DNA of 64,000 nt from Treponema sp. Its GTDB lineage: Bacteria > Spirochaetota > Spirochaetia > Treponematales > Treponemataceae. The position numbers were made by a program, and so were the translations under genes. Below, piece after piece: positions 44,774 to 53,733 of the stretch; within the stretch, counting starts at the first letter, position 1; every line of letters begins with the position of its first letter. Location of the stretch: the NCBI GenBank assembly GCA_017525605.1, contig JAFXSM010000033.1:10747-74746 (forward strand), read 5' to 3'. The notes beneath the pieces are model-generated. The model had not been told where the DNA came from, searched no databases, and saw only the letters and a list, made by a program, of their open reading frames with translations.

Positions 44774-45142
44774 ATGGAAAACACTGAAAACGCTGATAAC
44801 GCTGATAACTTTGACATTGAGCCGAAAAATTGCTGCCATGTCTGCTCTTGCGGTGAATCTGGCGACAAAAAGACGACCCCGCGCGACGATGAGACGAAAA
44901 AAGCACTGATTACGCGTCTCAACAGAATCGAAGGGCAGATTCGTGGCCTTAAGAAACTTGTCGAGAATGACGCGTACTGCACCGACGTGCTGATTCAGAC
45001 GAGTGCGGCTCGTTCTGCTCTCTCTTCGTTCTCGACATTGATTCTTGAGCACCACATTTCCGGCTGCGTGAAAGAAGGTCTCCTGGCTGGCGACGATTCC
45101 GTTCTCGAAGAACTGATTTGGACTCTCAAAAAACTGAAATGA
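44774..45142 (+). CDS. csoR: CsoR/RcnR/FrmR-family metal-sensing repressor with Cys-rich N-terminal tail
   Basis: 122 aa. LNRIEGQIRGL core, with ligand positions C (AYCTDV), H and C (EHHISGC). N-terminal CCHVCSCGESG. Confidence 0.85.
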   Translation: MENTENADNADNFDIEPKNCCHVCSCGESGDKKTTPRDDETKKALITRLNRIEGQIRGLKKLVENDAYCTDVLIQTSAARSALSSFSTLILEHHISGCVKEGLLAGDDSVLEELIWTLKKLK

Positions 45143-45173
45143 ATTTTTGAATTTGTGATAAGATTCTACCGCT

Positions 45174-46574
45174 ATGAATATCACATCAAAAAAGTCTAGA
45201 CTCTCAGGTTCTGTTGTTGTTCCTGGTTCAAAATCTCACACAATCCGCGCTCTGATTCTTGCGACGATTGCGGAAGGCACTTCGCACATCAAGAATCCGC
45301 TTCCGAGTGCGGATTGCCTTTCTACGGCTGCGGCAGTTCCGCTTATCGGCTCAATGGTAGACTTGAACTTGTCAACCGAGGGCGAGCCTGGGACTTCGTG
45401 GACGGTTTGCGGTGCCGGAAGTCAAGTTCATCTTCCTGACGACGTAATCAATGTCGGAAATTCGGGGTCGCTTTTGTATTTTCTCGCTCCGATTGCCGCG
45501 ACTTTTGATGGCGACACAGTTTTTACGGGCGACGATTCAATCAGAAAACGCCCGGTTCAGCATGTAATCGATTCGATTAATCAGCTTTCGGATAAAAAAT
45601 CATTCGTGACTGTTCCCGGAAAAAACGGCTGTCCGATGGTAATCCGAGGTCCTATCCATAGCGGAACTGTGAAAACCTAGGGCGAAATTTCAAGCCAATA
45701 TGTCACAGGATTGATGCTCGCTGGAATTCTCCTTGACGGCGGAATCAAACTTGAGCTTTCGAATCCGAAAGAGACTCCGTATCTTACGATGACACAGAAG
45801 TGGTTCGAGAAAGTCGGCGTGGAATGTTCGATTTCCGATGATTTCAAGAAAATCGAAGTAAAGCAGAACAAAAATCTCAAGGCGTTCACGACGACGATTC
45901 CGAGCGATTGGGAAGGCGTTGTGTTTCCGCTTGTCGCAGGTCTTTTAAGCGAGTCCGGCTCGAAAATCACAATCGAAAACATCGACGGAAGCGGAACTCA
46001 GGGCGATGACGCTATCGTCAAGATTCTCCAGTCTGTCGGCGGAAGAATCGTGTGGGACAAGGAAAAATTCACAATCACCGTTGAGCCTTCTCGCCTTACG
46101 ACAGAAAATCTCCCGGACAAGACCCTCCGCGTCAAAATGTCTCCGTTCCCTGATGCGATTTGCGCTCTTGCTGTTGCGGCTTGTTTTACCGAGGGCACGA
46201 CAATCCTTGAGGATGCCGCAGTTTGCAGGCGGAAGGAAACTGACAGAATCAAAGTCCTTAAAATCGAGCTTTCAAAACTCGGCGCGGAAGTTGAGGAAAA
46301 AGAAGATGCCCTGATTATTCACGGCCACGCGCCTTTCCTTGCCAACGGAGGAAAGAATCCCGAATTCGTTCTGCACGGCGGGCTTTGCGAAAGCTACATG
46401 GATCACAGGATGGCGATGTCGCTTGCGTGCCTTGGAATCGGTCTTCCGAAAGGGGAGAGCGTCATCGTGAAAGATGCCGAATGCTGTTCCGTGAGCTTCC
46501 CGAAATTCTTTGAAGTGATGCGCGGAATCGGATGCAGCTTTGAGGAACTTGACGTGATTTCAATGAATCTTTAA
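45174..46574 (+). pseudogene. aroA: 3-phosphoshikimate 1-carboxyvinyltransferase (EPSP synthase) interrupted by one in-frame TAG at 45678-45680
   Basis: ORFs 45174..45680 and 45711..46574 are in the same frame. Reading through gives ...GTVKT-stop-GEISSQYVTGLMLAG, and the S-S-Q-Y segment is the conserved AroA motif. Confidence 0.85.
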
Positions 46575-46646
46575 CGGAAATTCATTAAAACTGTTCGGAA
46601 TAAATTTTCAAATCAAAATTTTTAATCAAAACAACGAGGAATAAAA

Positions 46647-47783
46647 ATGAAACTTACTTGTGGTATCGTCGGTTTGCCGAACGTCGGTAAATCAACAATT
46701 TTTTCTGCCCTGACAAAGGCACCTGCAGAAGCTGCGAATTATCCGTTCTGCACGATTGAGCCGAATCACGGTGTCGTCGAGCTTCCAGATGAAAGGCTCG
46801 ATTTCATGGCATCTGTTTTCCAGCCGAAAAAGAAGATTCCTGCGACTGTCGATTTCGTTGACATCGCTGGTCTCATAAAGGGCGCATCGAAGGGCGAGGG
46901 ACTCGGAAACCAGTTCCTTGCGAACATCCGCGAGACTTCCGTAATCGCGCACGTCGTCCGCTGCTTCGACAACCCTGACATCCAGCACGTCCGCGAAGAT
47001 GCCAAGACTGACGCTCCGATTGATCCTGAGAGCGACATTCTCACAATCAACTACGAGCTTTGTCAGGCCGACATCGACACGATAACGAAGCGCGAGGAGA
47101 AAATCGTGAAAGAGGTGCGCGCGCTCGGAAAGGAAGCTGAGAAAAAATATGCCGGCTACAAAAGCGCGATTGCAAAAATCATGCCGCTTCTTCAGGACGG
47201 AAAGTGCGCGAGACAGGCGGAACTCACTGACGAGGAGAAAGCTGGCATTTACGACTTGCATCTTCTCACTGTGAAACCGCAGCTTTTCGTGTGCAACATC
47301 GACGAGGACACAATTGCGGAAGGAACGAACAAATATGTCGAGACTGTGAAGAAACTTGCAGCAGAGGAAAAATCGGAAGTCATCGTCATCTGCGGAAAAT
47401 TCGAGTCCGACCTTGCGGACATCACTGACGAAAACGACAGGAAGGACTTCATGGAAAGCGTCGGCTTGAAAGAGTCAGGTCTTACAGTCCTCGCACGCGC
47501 CGCATATCACCTGATGGGACTGCGCACATTCTTCACTGGCGGTCCGGACGAGTGCCGCGCATGGACAATCCACAACGGCGACCTAGCTCCGCAGGCAGCC
47601 GGCGTAATCCACACCGACTTTGAAAAAGGCTTCATCAAGGCAGAAGTCTATTCCGTTGACGACCTCCGCGAATACGGCTCAGAGGCAGAAATCAAATCAC
47701 ACGGAAAATATAGGCAGGAAGGAAAAGAGTACGTCGTCCAGGACGGAGACTGTATCTTCTTCAAATTCAATGTGACGAAGTAA
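46647..47783 (+). CDS. ychF: redox-regulated ATPase YchF
   Basis: 378 aa. GIVGLPNVGKST and the TGS-like C-terminus. Confidence 0.95.
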   Translation: MKLTCGIVGLPNVGKSTIFSALTKAPAEAANYPFCTIEPNHGVVELPDERLDFMASVFQPKKKIPATVDFVDIAGLIKGASKGEGLGNQFLANIRETSVIAHVVRCFDNPDIQHVREDAKTDAPIDPESDILTINYELCQADIDTITKREEKIVKEVRALGKEAEKKYAGYKSAIAKIMPLLQDGKCARQAELTDEEKAGIYDLHLLTVKPQLFVCNIDEDTIAEGTNKYVETVKKLAAEEKSEVIVICGKFESDLADITDENDRKDFMESVGLKESGLTVLARAAYHLMGLRTFFTGGPDECRAWTIHNGDLAPQAAGVIHTDFEKGFIKAEVYSVDDLREYGSEAEIKSHGKYRQEGKEYVVQDGDCIFFKFNVTK

Positions 47784-47814
47784 AGCGTATAGCGAGTTCA
47801 TTGCTAATTGAAGG

Positions 47815-47932
47815 GCAAGTATACAAGCTTTCGGCGAGAACCCCACCTCCAAAACGGCAGTACCGCTTCGCGGTGGCTGAGTGTTTTGGAGGTGGGAACC
47901 TCGCCTACGCTTGTACACTTGCACTTGGTTTA
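47815..47932 (+). repeat. Copy 3 of the ~115-nt rod-like hairpin element (covarying copy)
   Basis: GCAAGTATACAAGC...GGCGAG-AAC-CCCACCTCCAAAAC-GGCAGTACCGCTTCGCGGTGGCTGA-GT-GTTTTGGAGGTGGG-AAC-CTCGCC-TAC-GCTTGTACACTTGC. Confidence 0.9.
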
Positions 47933-48005
47933 AAAAATCGATATTCAGTCTTTTTTTTGCACAAAATGAAAAATGCGAGATAAGTAGTTATTGAGGTGTT
48001 TCATT

Positions 48006-48989
48006 ATGTGCATTAAAAAATCTTTTCTTTCTTTTCGGTTTTTTCTTTTCTTTTCGGTTTTTATTTCAGGTTTTCTTTTCTCTTGTTCGTATTCCGATTC
48101 TGATTTTTCCGACGGCATTTCCGTGATGAACTGGAATCTTGAGACTTTTTTCGACGGCGAATTCGACGGAAACGAATACAAGGAATTTTCGTCCGCAAAG
48201 TCAGGTTGGTCGCGCGAGAAGTACAAGGTTCGGCTTGAGCGTCTTGCGTCCGTAATCCGCTCTCTCGACTGCGACGTTATCGTGATGGAGGAGCTTGAGA
48301 AAGAAGGGCAGCTTCAGGACATCGTGAATCAGCTTTCGGGGACGTTCGATTTGTCGAAAGTGTACAGATACGGATATTTCTCGAACGGCGAATCCTGCTC
48401 AATCGGCTGCGGAATCCTTTCGCGGCTCCCGTTGCAGAATGTCTCCGTGCATTCGCTTTTCGTGAAAGGAGAAATCAAGCAGCCGTCAATGCGCCCCATC
48501 ATAAAAGCGACATTTTGCGTTGGCGGAAAAAATCTCGACTTGTTCGTGAACCACTGGAAAAGCAAGAGCGGCGGGGCGGAATCGAGCGAGGTGTGGCGCG
48601 ACTATCAGGAAAAGCAGCTCTCCCGGCTAATAGAAGAATCCCTTGCTGCAGGAAATGCTGTCCTTGCGTGCGGTGACTTCAACAGGTCGATTGAGGAGTT
48701 CGAGTACAAAAAAAACGGAGACACGAACATCGCCCTGAAAGGTGGCGCGAATGTCCATTCTCCGTGGTTCGATGAAGACGGAAAGCTGAATAGCGTCGGA
48801 AGCTACTGGTACAAAAATAATTGGGAATACATCGACAACTTTTTCTTTGCGAATGCGTCGATGACCGATTTCAAAATACATGACAGCGGCGAATGGTGCG
48901 ATTCCGAAAATCATCCCCTCCGTTACAAAGTTTATTCCGGTGCGGGATATTCAGACCACTTGCCGCTGACGTGCCGGATAATGCCTTGA
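48006..48989 (+). CDS. endonuclease/exonuclease/phosphatase (EEP) family lipoprotein
   Basis: ORF 47991..48989. The ATG at 48006 follows GAGGTG. Lipobox LFSC and EEP motifs (VMNWNLE, VIVMEELE, GDFN, SDHLP). Confidence 0.8.
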   Translation: MCIKKSFLSFRFFLFFSVFISGFLFSCSYSDSDFSDGISVMNWNLETFFDGEFDGNEYKEFSSAKSGWSREKYKVRLERLASVIRSLDCDVIVMEELEKEGQLQDIVNQLSGTFDLSKVYRYGYFSNGESCSIGCGILSRLPLQNVSVHSLFVKGEIKQPSMRPIIKATFCVGGKNLDLFVNHWKSKSGGAESSEVWRDYQEKQLSRLIEESLAAGNAVLACGDFNRSIEEFEYKKNGDTNIALKGGANVHSPWFDEDGKLNSVGSYWYKNNWEYIDNFFFANASMTDFKIHDSGEWCDSENHPLRYKVYSGAGYSDHLPLTCRIMP

Positions 48990-48992
48990 ATC

Positions 48993-50249
48993 TTATTTGT
49001 CGTCGTTCCAGCTGTCGAACATGCTTTCTGGGGCAGTCTCGTCCTCGTCCTCTTCGTTTGCGTCGCTGTCGGAAGCTTTTTTTGATTCTTCCGGCTTCTG
49101 CTCGACGTTGTCTGCATTGGAAGCTTTAGCTTGTGAATCATTTTTTTCGTCTTCTAATGCGGCATTTTCTGAAGAATCTGCGTTTTCGCTCTCAGACTTG
49201 GTTTCTAGTGCGTCGTTATTTGAATCGGCTTTCTCGCTTGGAGTTTCGGCCGAAGTTTCTTTTGAATCTTCGCTCGGATTCTCTCCCGCTTTCTCCGGTT
49301 CATTTACGATTGCGGAAACTGTCGGAATCTCATCTTCGCTCTGAGAAGCTGATTTTGCGAAACTCTCCGAAAGCCTATTTTTCAGCATTGCGACTGAATT
49401 TTTGATTTCCTCGTTGTCGAATTTCGCGACTTCTTCTTTTTCTTTTGTGAAATTCTCGGAAATCTTGCTCTTGAGCTTGCTAAGCGAGTCGCGGATTTTT
49501 TCGAGGGATTCGCTTTTTTCTTCGGCTTCTTCTTTTTTGTCGAAATTCTCGGAAAGCCTGTTCTTTATCCTGTCGAGCGATTCTTTTATTTTCGCGGCCG
49601 ATTCCGATTCCGACTCCTCGAAATTCTTCGTAATCTGCTCATTGATTTTCGAAATCTTCTCTTCCGAGATTTCCTCGCTATCTTCTTTTTCGCCGGTGAA
49701 TCTTTCCGAAAGCTTATCCTTGAGTTTTGAAAGCGATTCCTTTATTTTCTCTGAATCAGTCGTGTCGGTCTTTTCGCTTTCGCTGATTTTCTCGGAAAGT
49801 TTTTCCTGGAGCTTCGCAACGGATTCTTTTATCTTCGTCTCGAATTCTATATTGTTCTCGCTGCCGTCGTCGCTTTTTGCCTTGAGCTTGTTGCGAAGAG
49901 CCTCGACAGCTTTTTTCGTCTCCGAAAGCGTTTCCTCCGAATCCGTCTTTTCGTTGAACAAATTCGTCTTCATCTGGGCGAACAGCGGGGATTCGTGGTT
50001 TGTCTTTTCCTGCTGCTGAACCTGTTCGGTTTTCTGTTCTGGTTTCTGCAAATCCTGATGCGGCTCTTCCGGTTTAATTTCGCCCTGGATTTCCGGGAGC
50101 ACGAGCTTGAAAGGCAGTCCGTTCTGCAAAATCGTCTGCCTGAAAAAAAGTGTCAGAGCGGAATCCAAAGAAAGTCCAAGTTTCTCAAAAATGAATGAAG
50201 CCTTGTTGACGATTTCCTCGTCAGATTTGAATTTGAATGTCTTTGCCAT
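48993..50249 (-). CDS. RelB/DinJ-type ribbon-helix-helix domain fused to a long acidic repeat-containing tail
   Basis: 418 aa. The N-terminus FKSDEEIVNKASFIFEKLGLSLDSALTLFFRQTILQNGLPFKL resembles DinJ. The remainder is E/S/K/D-rich. Confidence 0.7.
   Translation of the reverse strand: MAKTFKFKSDEEIVNKASFIFEKLGLSLDSALTLFFRQTILQNGLPFKLVLPEIQGEIKPEEPHQDLQKPEQKTEQVQQQEKTNHESPLFAQMKTNLFNEKTDSEETLSETKKAVEALRNKLKAKSDDGSENNIEFETKIKESVAKLQEKLSEKISESEKTDTTDSEKIKESLSKLKDKLSERFTGEKEDSEEISEEKISKINEQITKNFEESESESAAKIKESLDRIKNRLSENFDKKEEAEEKSESLEKIRDSLSKLKSKISENFTKEKEEVAKFDNEEIKNSVAMLKNRLSESFAKSASQSEDEIPTVSAIVNEPEKAGENPSEDSKETSAETPSEKADSNNDALETKSESENADSSENAALEDEKNDSQAKASNADNVEQKPEESKKASDSDANEEDEDETAPESMFDSWNDDK
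49359..49916 (-). repeat. six to seven degenerate ~30-codon coding repeats
   Basis: The recurring unit is K-I-K-E-S-L-x-K-L-K-x-K-L-S-E-x-F. Instances are KIKESVAKLQEKLSEKI, KIKESLSKLKDKLSERF, KIKESLDRIKNRLSENF, KIRDSLSKLKSKISENF and EIKNSVAMLKNRLSESF. Confidence 0.75.
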
Positions 50250-50288
50250 AGTTCGATTATACCTGCTTTTAGCGTTTTTAGTTGAACG

Positions 50289-51854
50289 TCATACGTTTCT
50301 CGGAATGAATGTTTCTATCTCGTCACCGGATAGCGGTTTCGAGAAGAAATAACCTTGAATGTAATCGCATCCGAAACTCCTCAGCTTTTCGAATTGCCAT
50401 TGGTATTCGACCCCTTCGACCGTGATTTTCATGCCGAGAGAGTGGACAAGATTGACGATGTTCTTTATGAAAGACGAATCATCATTCTCTGTTTCATTTT
50501 CGGTTAAATATGTATCGACTAAAGACTTATCTATTTTGACGATTTCCAAAGGCAGCTGTATGAGATAGTTCAGGCTTGAGTATCCTGTTCCGAAATCATC
50601 GAGCGCGACTTTTATTCCGATGCTGTCGAATTCCCTGAAAACTTCGATTGCGCGTTCCTTGTTGCCCATGAAAAGGCTTTCAGTTATTTCGATTCCGATA
50701 AGCTCGCTGGGAATATTGTACGTTTCCATCAGGTTTTTGAGGTAATTCACATAGCCTTTGTCCTCAAGCTGCCCGAAAGAGTAGTTGATTGCGACCCTGT
50801 AAAGCGGAATTCCGTGGCTTCTCCATGTCGCAATCTGCTTCAGTGCCTTTTCCGTTATGATTCTTCCGATTTTTGCGATGTGCCCGTCCTCTTCCGCAAT
50901 CGGGATGAATTTCGCGGGTCCGAGCTTTTCGTAAGTCATTCTGATTAACGCCTCGTATCCGTGAATCTGACCTGTGAACGCGTCAATCTGCGGCTGGTAG
51001 ACTACCGAGAATTCGTCCTTCTTGCACGCTGATTCGATTATCTTCGCCGTCTGCGCTTTTTCCGCGATTTCGTGCTTCATCTTCGCCGTGAAGAAAACGT
51101 ATTTGTTTTTCCCGAGAGATTTTGCTTCGTTCAGGGCAATTTCGATTGCGGAAAAATATTCGTCGGTCGAATTCTTGTCATCGACTTCGTCCGAATTCGC
51201 GATTCCGATGCTTGCCCTGAGCGTTATGGACTTTTGGTTGAGAGTCATGTTGCTGTTTGACGTGCTTATCGGAATCTGAATCGGTGTGCAGAGTGTCTGC
51301 CTTAGGCAGTAGACCCATGCGGCATCTTCTTCCTGGTTCGTGTCAATCACGAGTATTATGAATTTGTCTCCTGAGTGGCGCGCCGTGTACTGCTCGTTCT
51401 TGAAGTTCAGCTGTATGTTGCTGAGCCTTTCGGCGACCGTCCTTAGGACGAAATTTCCGATTTCATACGAGTTGAAATTGTTGACGCTCCTGAAATTGTC
51501 GAGGTCAATCATGATGACGGAGAAACGCTTCCCGGATTCTATCGCCGTGGAAAGTTTTCTTTTGAAAAGCGTCATGTTCATCAGCCCTGTCAGGCTGTCG
51601 TGCTCGGAAATGTATGTGATTTTGTCCCTTGCTATGTAAAAGTTGAACGACTGGTGAATCAGACCAATCATCAGTATGACGAGCGAGATTATTATTATCA
51701 GAATCGGCACGGAGAACCTTCCGAAGCGTTCCGCAAGCTCAAAGATGTCCTCTTTTGTGATGTGCCTCAGAATGTACAGTGTTCCCGCAAATATTGCGAT
51801 GGAGAAGATTATATTTATAGAAAGCGCAATGCAGTTTCTTATTTTATAGTTCAT
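50289..51854 (-). CDS. membrane-anchored GGDEF-EAL protein (degenerate GGDEF, intact EAL; likely c-di-GMP phosphodiesterase)
   Basis: 521 aa with two N-terminal TM segments. The GGDEF position reads HSGDKF. EAL motifs EALIRM, DDFGTGYSSL and QGYFF are present. Confidence 0.88.
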   Translation of the reverse strand: MNYKIRNCIALSINIIFSIAIFAGTLYILRHITKEDIFELAERFGRFSVPILIIIISLVILMIGLIHQSFNFYIARDKITYISEHDSLTGLMNMTLFKRKLSTAIESGKRFSVIMIDLDNFRSVNNFNSYEIGNFVLRTVAERLSNIQLNFKNEQYTARHSGDKFIILVIDTNQEEDAAWVYCLRQTLCTPIQIPISTSNSNMTLNQKSITLRASIGIANSDEVDDKNSTDEYFSAIEIALNEAKSLGKNKYVFFTAKMKHEIAEKAQTAKIIESACKKDEFSVVYQPQIDAFTGQIHGYEALIRMTYEKLGPAKFIPIAEEDGHIAKIGRIITEKALKQIATWRSHGIPLYRVAINYSFGQLEDKGYVNYLKNLMETYNIPSELIGIEITESLFMGNKERAIEVFREFDSIGIKVALDDFGTGYSSLNYLIQLPLEIVKIDKSLVDTYLTENETENDDSSFIKNIVNLVHSLGMKITVEGVEYQWQFEKLRSFGCDYIQGYFFSKPLSGDEIETFIPRNV

Positions 51855-51935
51855 GATACCTATCAGATATATTAATCTGTTTTTCAGCTAATTTATAGCA
51901 TATCTGATGAATTTTTAATTTTCACCAGCTCTTAT

Positions 51936-51944
51936 GATATAATA
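51936..51944 (+). promoter_or_regulatory. extended -10 promoter element
   Basis: TGATATAAT (a perfect TGnTATAAT) lies 64 nt upstream of the 52009 ATG. Confidence 0.5.
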
Positions 51945-52008
51945 CAATTATCGAACAAATCTAATATTATCTTTGGATTTGCACATCTTTTATACTAAGG
52001 AGCAGTAA

Positions 52009-52482
52009 ATGAAAAAAAACATCATCAAAGTTGTGTCGGCTACAGTTCTTCTTGCGTGTGTCGGCGGCGTCTCTTTCGCAAAGACATTGAAAGCCGAGAA
52101 AGTTGACCTCAAGGCTGTCAGCAAGATTATCGATAGCGATTTCAAGCCGAAGATTGAGAAAGACGGCACGAAAATCGCAATAAAGTCGAACGGAAGCAGC
52201 TTCGTCAAGCTGAACGACACGAACAAGATTTTGTCGGTCAGCAGCAGGTGGCAGCTGAAAGAGGGCGTTACGGCAGTTGACGCGGCAGTCCTTGCGAACA
52301 AGATAAATTCCGAATTCAACCTTGTCCAGGCATCTTTCAGAGACGCAACGCGCGACGAGTCGGAGTGCTTCGTCCTTGAGGCTGCAATCTCATACGCGGG
52401 CGTGCTCGACAGCAACAATCTCAACTACACGATAAAGCAGTACACGGAAGCTGCGGCAAAGCTTGAGTCACTTTTGAAATAA
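52009..52482 (+). CDS. secreted hypothetical protein
   Basis: 157 aa. Signal peptide, with AGGAG upstream. Confidence 0.65.
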   Translation: MKKNIIKVVSATVLLACVGGVSFAKTLKAEKVDLKAVSKIIDSDFKPKIEKDGTKIAIKSNGSSFVKLNDTNKILSVSSRWQLKEGVTAVDAAVLANKINSEFNLVQASFRDATRDESECFVLEAAISYAGVLDSNNLNYTIKQYTEAAAKLESLLK

Positions 52483-52515
52483 GATTTATAGACATATCAA
52501 TTTAATTTTTTTTGA

Positions 52516-52560
52516 CCATCGGATTTGGCTTGCAAGTTCTAATCCGGTGGCTTTTTTTTT
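52516..52560 (+). terminator. intrinsic terminator
   Basis: CCATCGGATT...AATCCGGTGG followed by CTTTTTTTTT. Confidence 0.8.
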
Positions 52561-52648
52561 GCTTTTTTTTCAAATTTTTTCGCAAATTTTTGATTTTTTC
52601 TTTGACAAATCCAGAAATCAGTGTGATGATGATTATGTAATAACTTTC

Positions 52649-52664
52649 ATGAAATCAGTTTCAT
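52649..52664. promoter_or_regulatory. LacI-family operator-like palindrome
   Basis: ATGAAATCAGTTTCAT (arms ATGAAA/TTTCAT) resembles the TGAAANCGNTTTCA class, but the centre is CA rather than CG. It lies 26 nt upstream of the regulator ATG. Confidence 0.4.
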
Positions 52665-52689
52665 AAAAACTGTGTGCGGAGGATTTTTG

Positions 52690-53691
52690 ATGGCAGACAA
52701 GAAACCTACTATTTACGACGTTGCGAAAATGACAGGGGTGAGCCCCGCCACAGTTTCGAGGGTGCTGAACGAGCCGGAGAAGGTCGCGCAGGACAAGCGG
52801 CAGAAGGTTTTCGACGCGATAAACGAATTGGGGTTTGTCCCGAAAGCTGCGGCTGTCGTTGCGGCAAGGAAAATGTACAAGAAGATTTGCGTCGTCGCTC
52901 CGTTTTTCAGCCAGTCGTCGTTCATGGAAAGGCTCCGCGGGGTGGAGGAAGTCCTCAACGACAAGCATTTCGAGATTGTCATCTATTCGATTCAGACGGA
53001 AGAGGATTTGAACGACTACATAAGGATGATAACGACATCTAACATGACGGACGGGATGATTCTCTTTTCGCTCGTCCCGAACGAGAAGTCGCAGGAGCTT
53101 CTTCGGAATGCGGCTTTTCCCGTCTGTTTCGTCGAAAGCTCGATTGACGGGTTCGACAATGTGGTAATCAACAACGAATCTGGCGGCAGGCTGGCGGCCG
53201 AGTATTTTTATTCGAAAGGGTGCAGGAATCCCGCGTTCATCGGCGAGAAGTCGAACAAGGTTTACACGGTGCCTGCAACGGATGACAGATTCCGCGGGTT
53301 CAAGAAATTCTTTTCGGAAAAGGGAATCGGCATCCCCGAAAAAAATGTGTGGATCGGCGAATTTTCCAAAAGCAACATCGACAAGGAAGTGCGCCGCTTT
53401 CTTTCGCAGGACAATCTGCCCGACTGCGTTTTCTGTTCCAGTGATTTGGTCGCGCTCAGTTTCATGTCGGCGGCGAAAGATGTTGGGGTGCGGGTTCCTG
53501 AGGACATGAAAGTTCTCGGCTTCGACAACATCGACATCGCAAAGTTCGTGGGCTTAAGCACAATCAGCCAGTCGCTTGACGAATCTGGGCGCATGGCCGC
53601 AGAGTGCATTCTCAGTCGGCTCAAGAAAAGTGGAAACAGCACTTTTTCGATTTTGGTTCCAATCAACGTGATTGAGCGGAAGACCACCTGA
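52690..53691 (+). CDS. LacI-family transcriptional regulator
   Basis: ATG at 52690 (MADKKPTIYDVAKMTGVSPATVSRVLN HTH). Periplasmic-binding-fold C-terminal domain. Confidence 0.92.
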   Translation: MADKKPTIYDVAKMTGVSPATVSRVLNEPEKVAQDKRQKVFDAINELGFVPKAAAVVAARKMYKKICVVAPFFSQSSFMERLRGVEEVLNDKHFEIVIYSIQTEEDLNDYIRMITTSNMTDGMILFSLVPNEKSQELLRNAAFPVCFVESSIDGFDNVVINNESGGRLAAEYFYSKGCRNPAFIGEKSNKVYTVPATDDRFRGFKKFFSEKGIGIPEKNVWIGEFSKSNIDKEVRRFLSQDNLPDCVFCSSDLVALSFMSAAKDVGVRVPEDMKVLGFDNIDIAKFVGLSTISQSLDESGRMAAECILSRLKKSGNSTFSILVPINVIERKTT

Positions 53692-53733
53692 AATTTCAAT
53701 TATTTTTTTACAAAATAAAAGGAGGCTCGTCCT

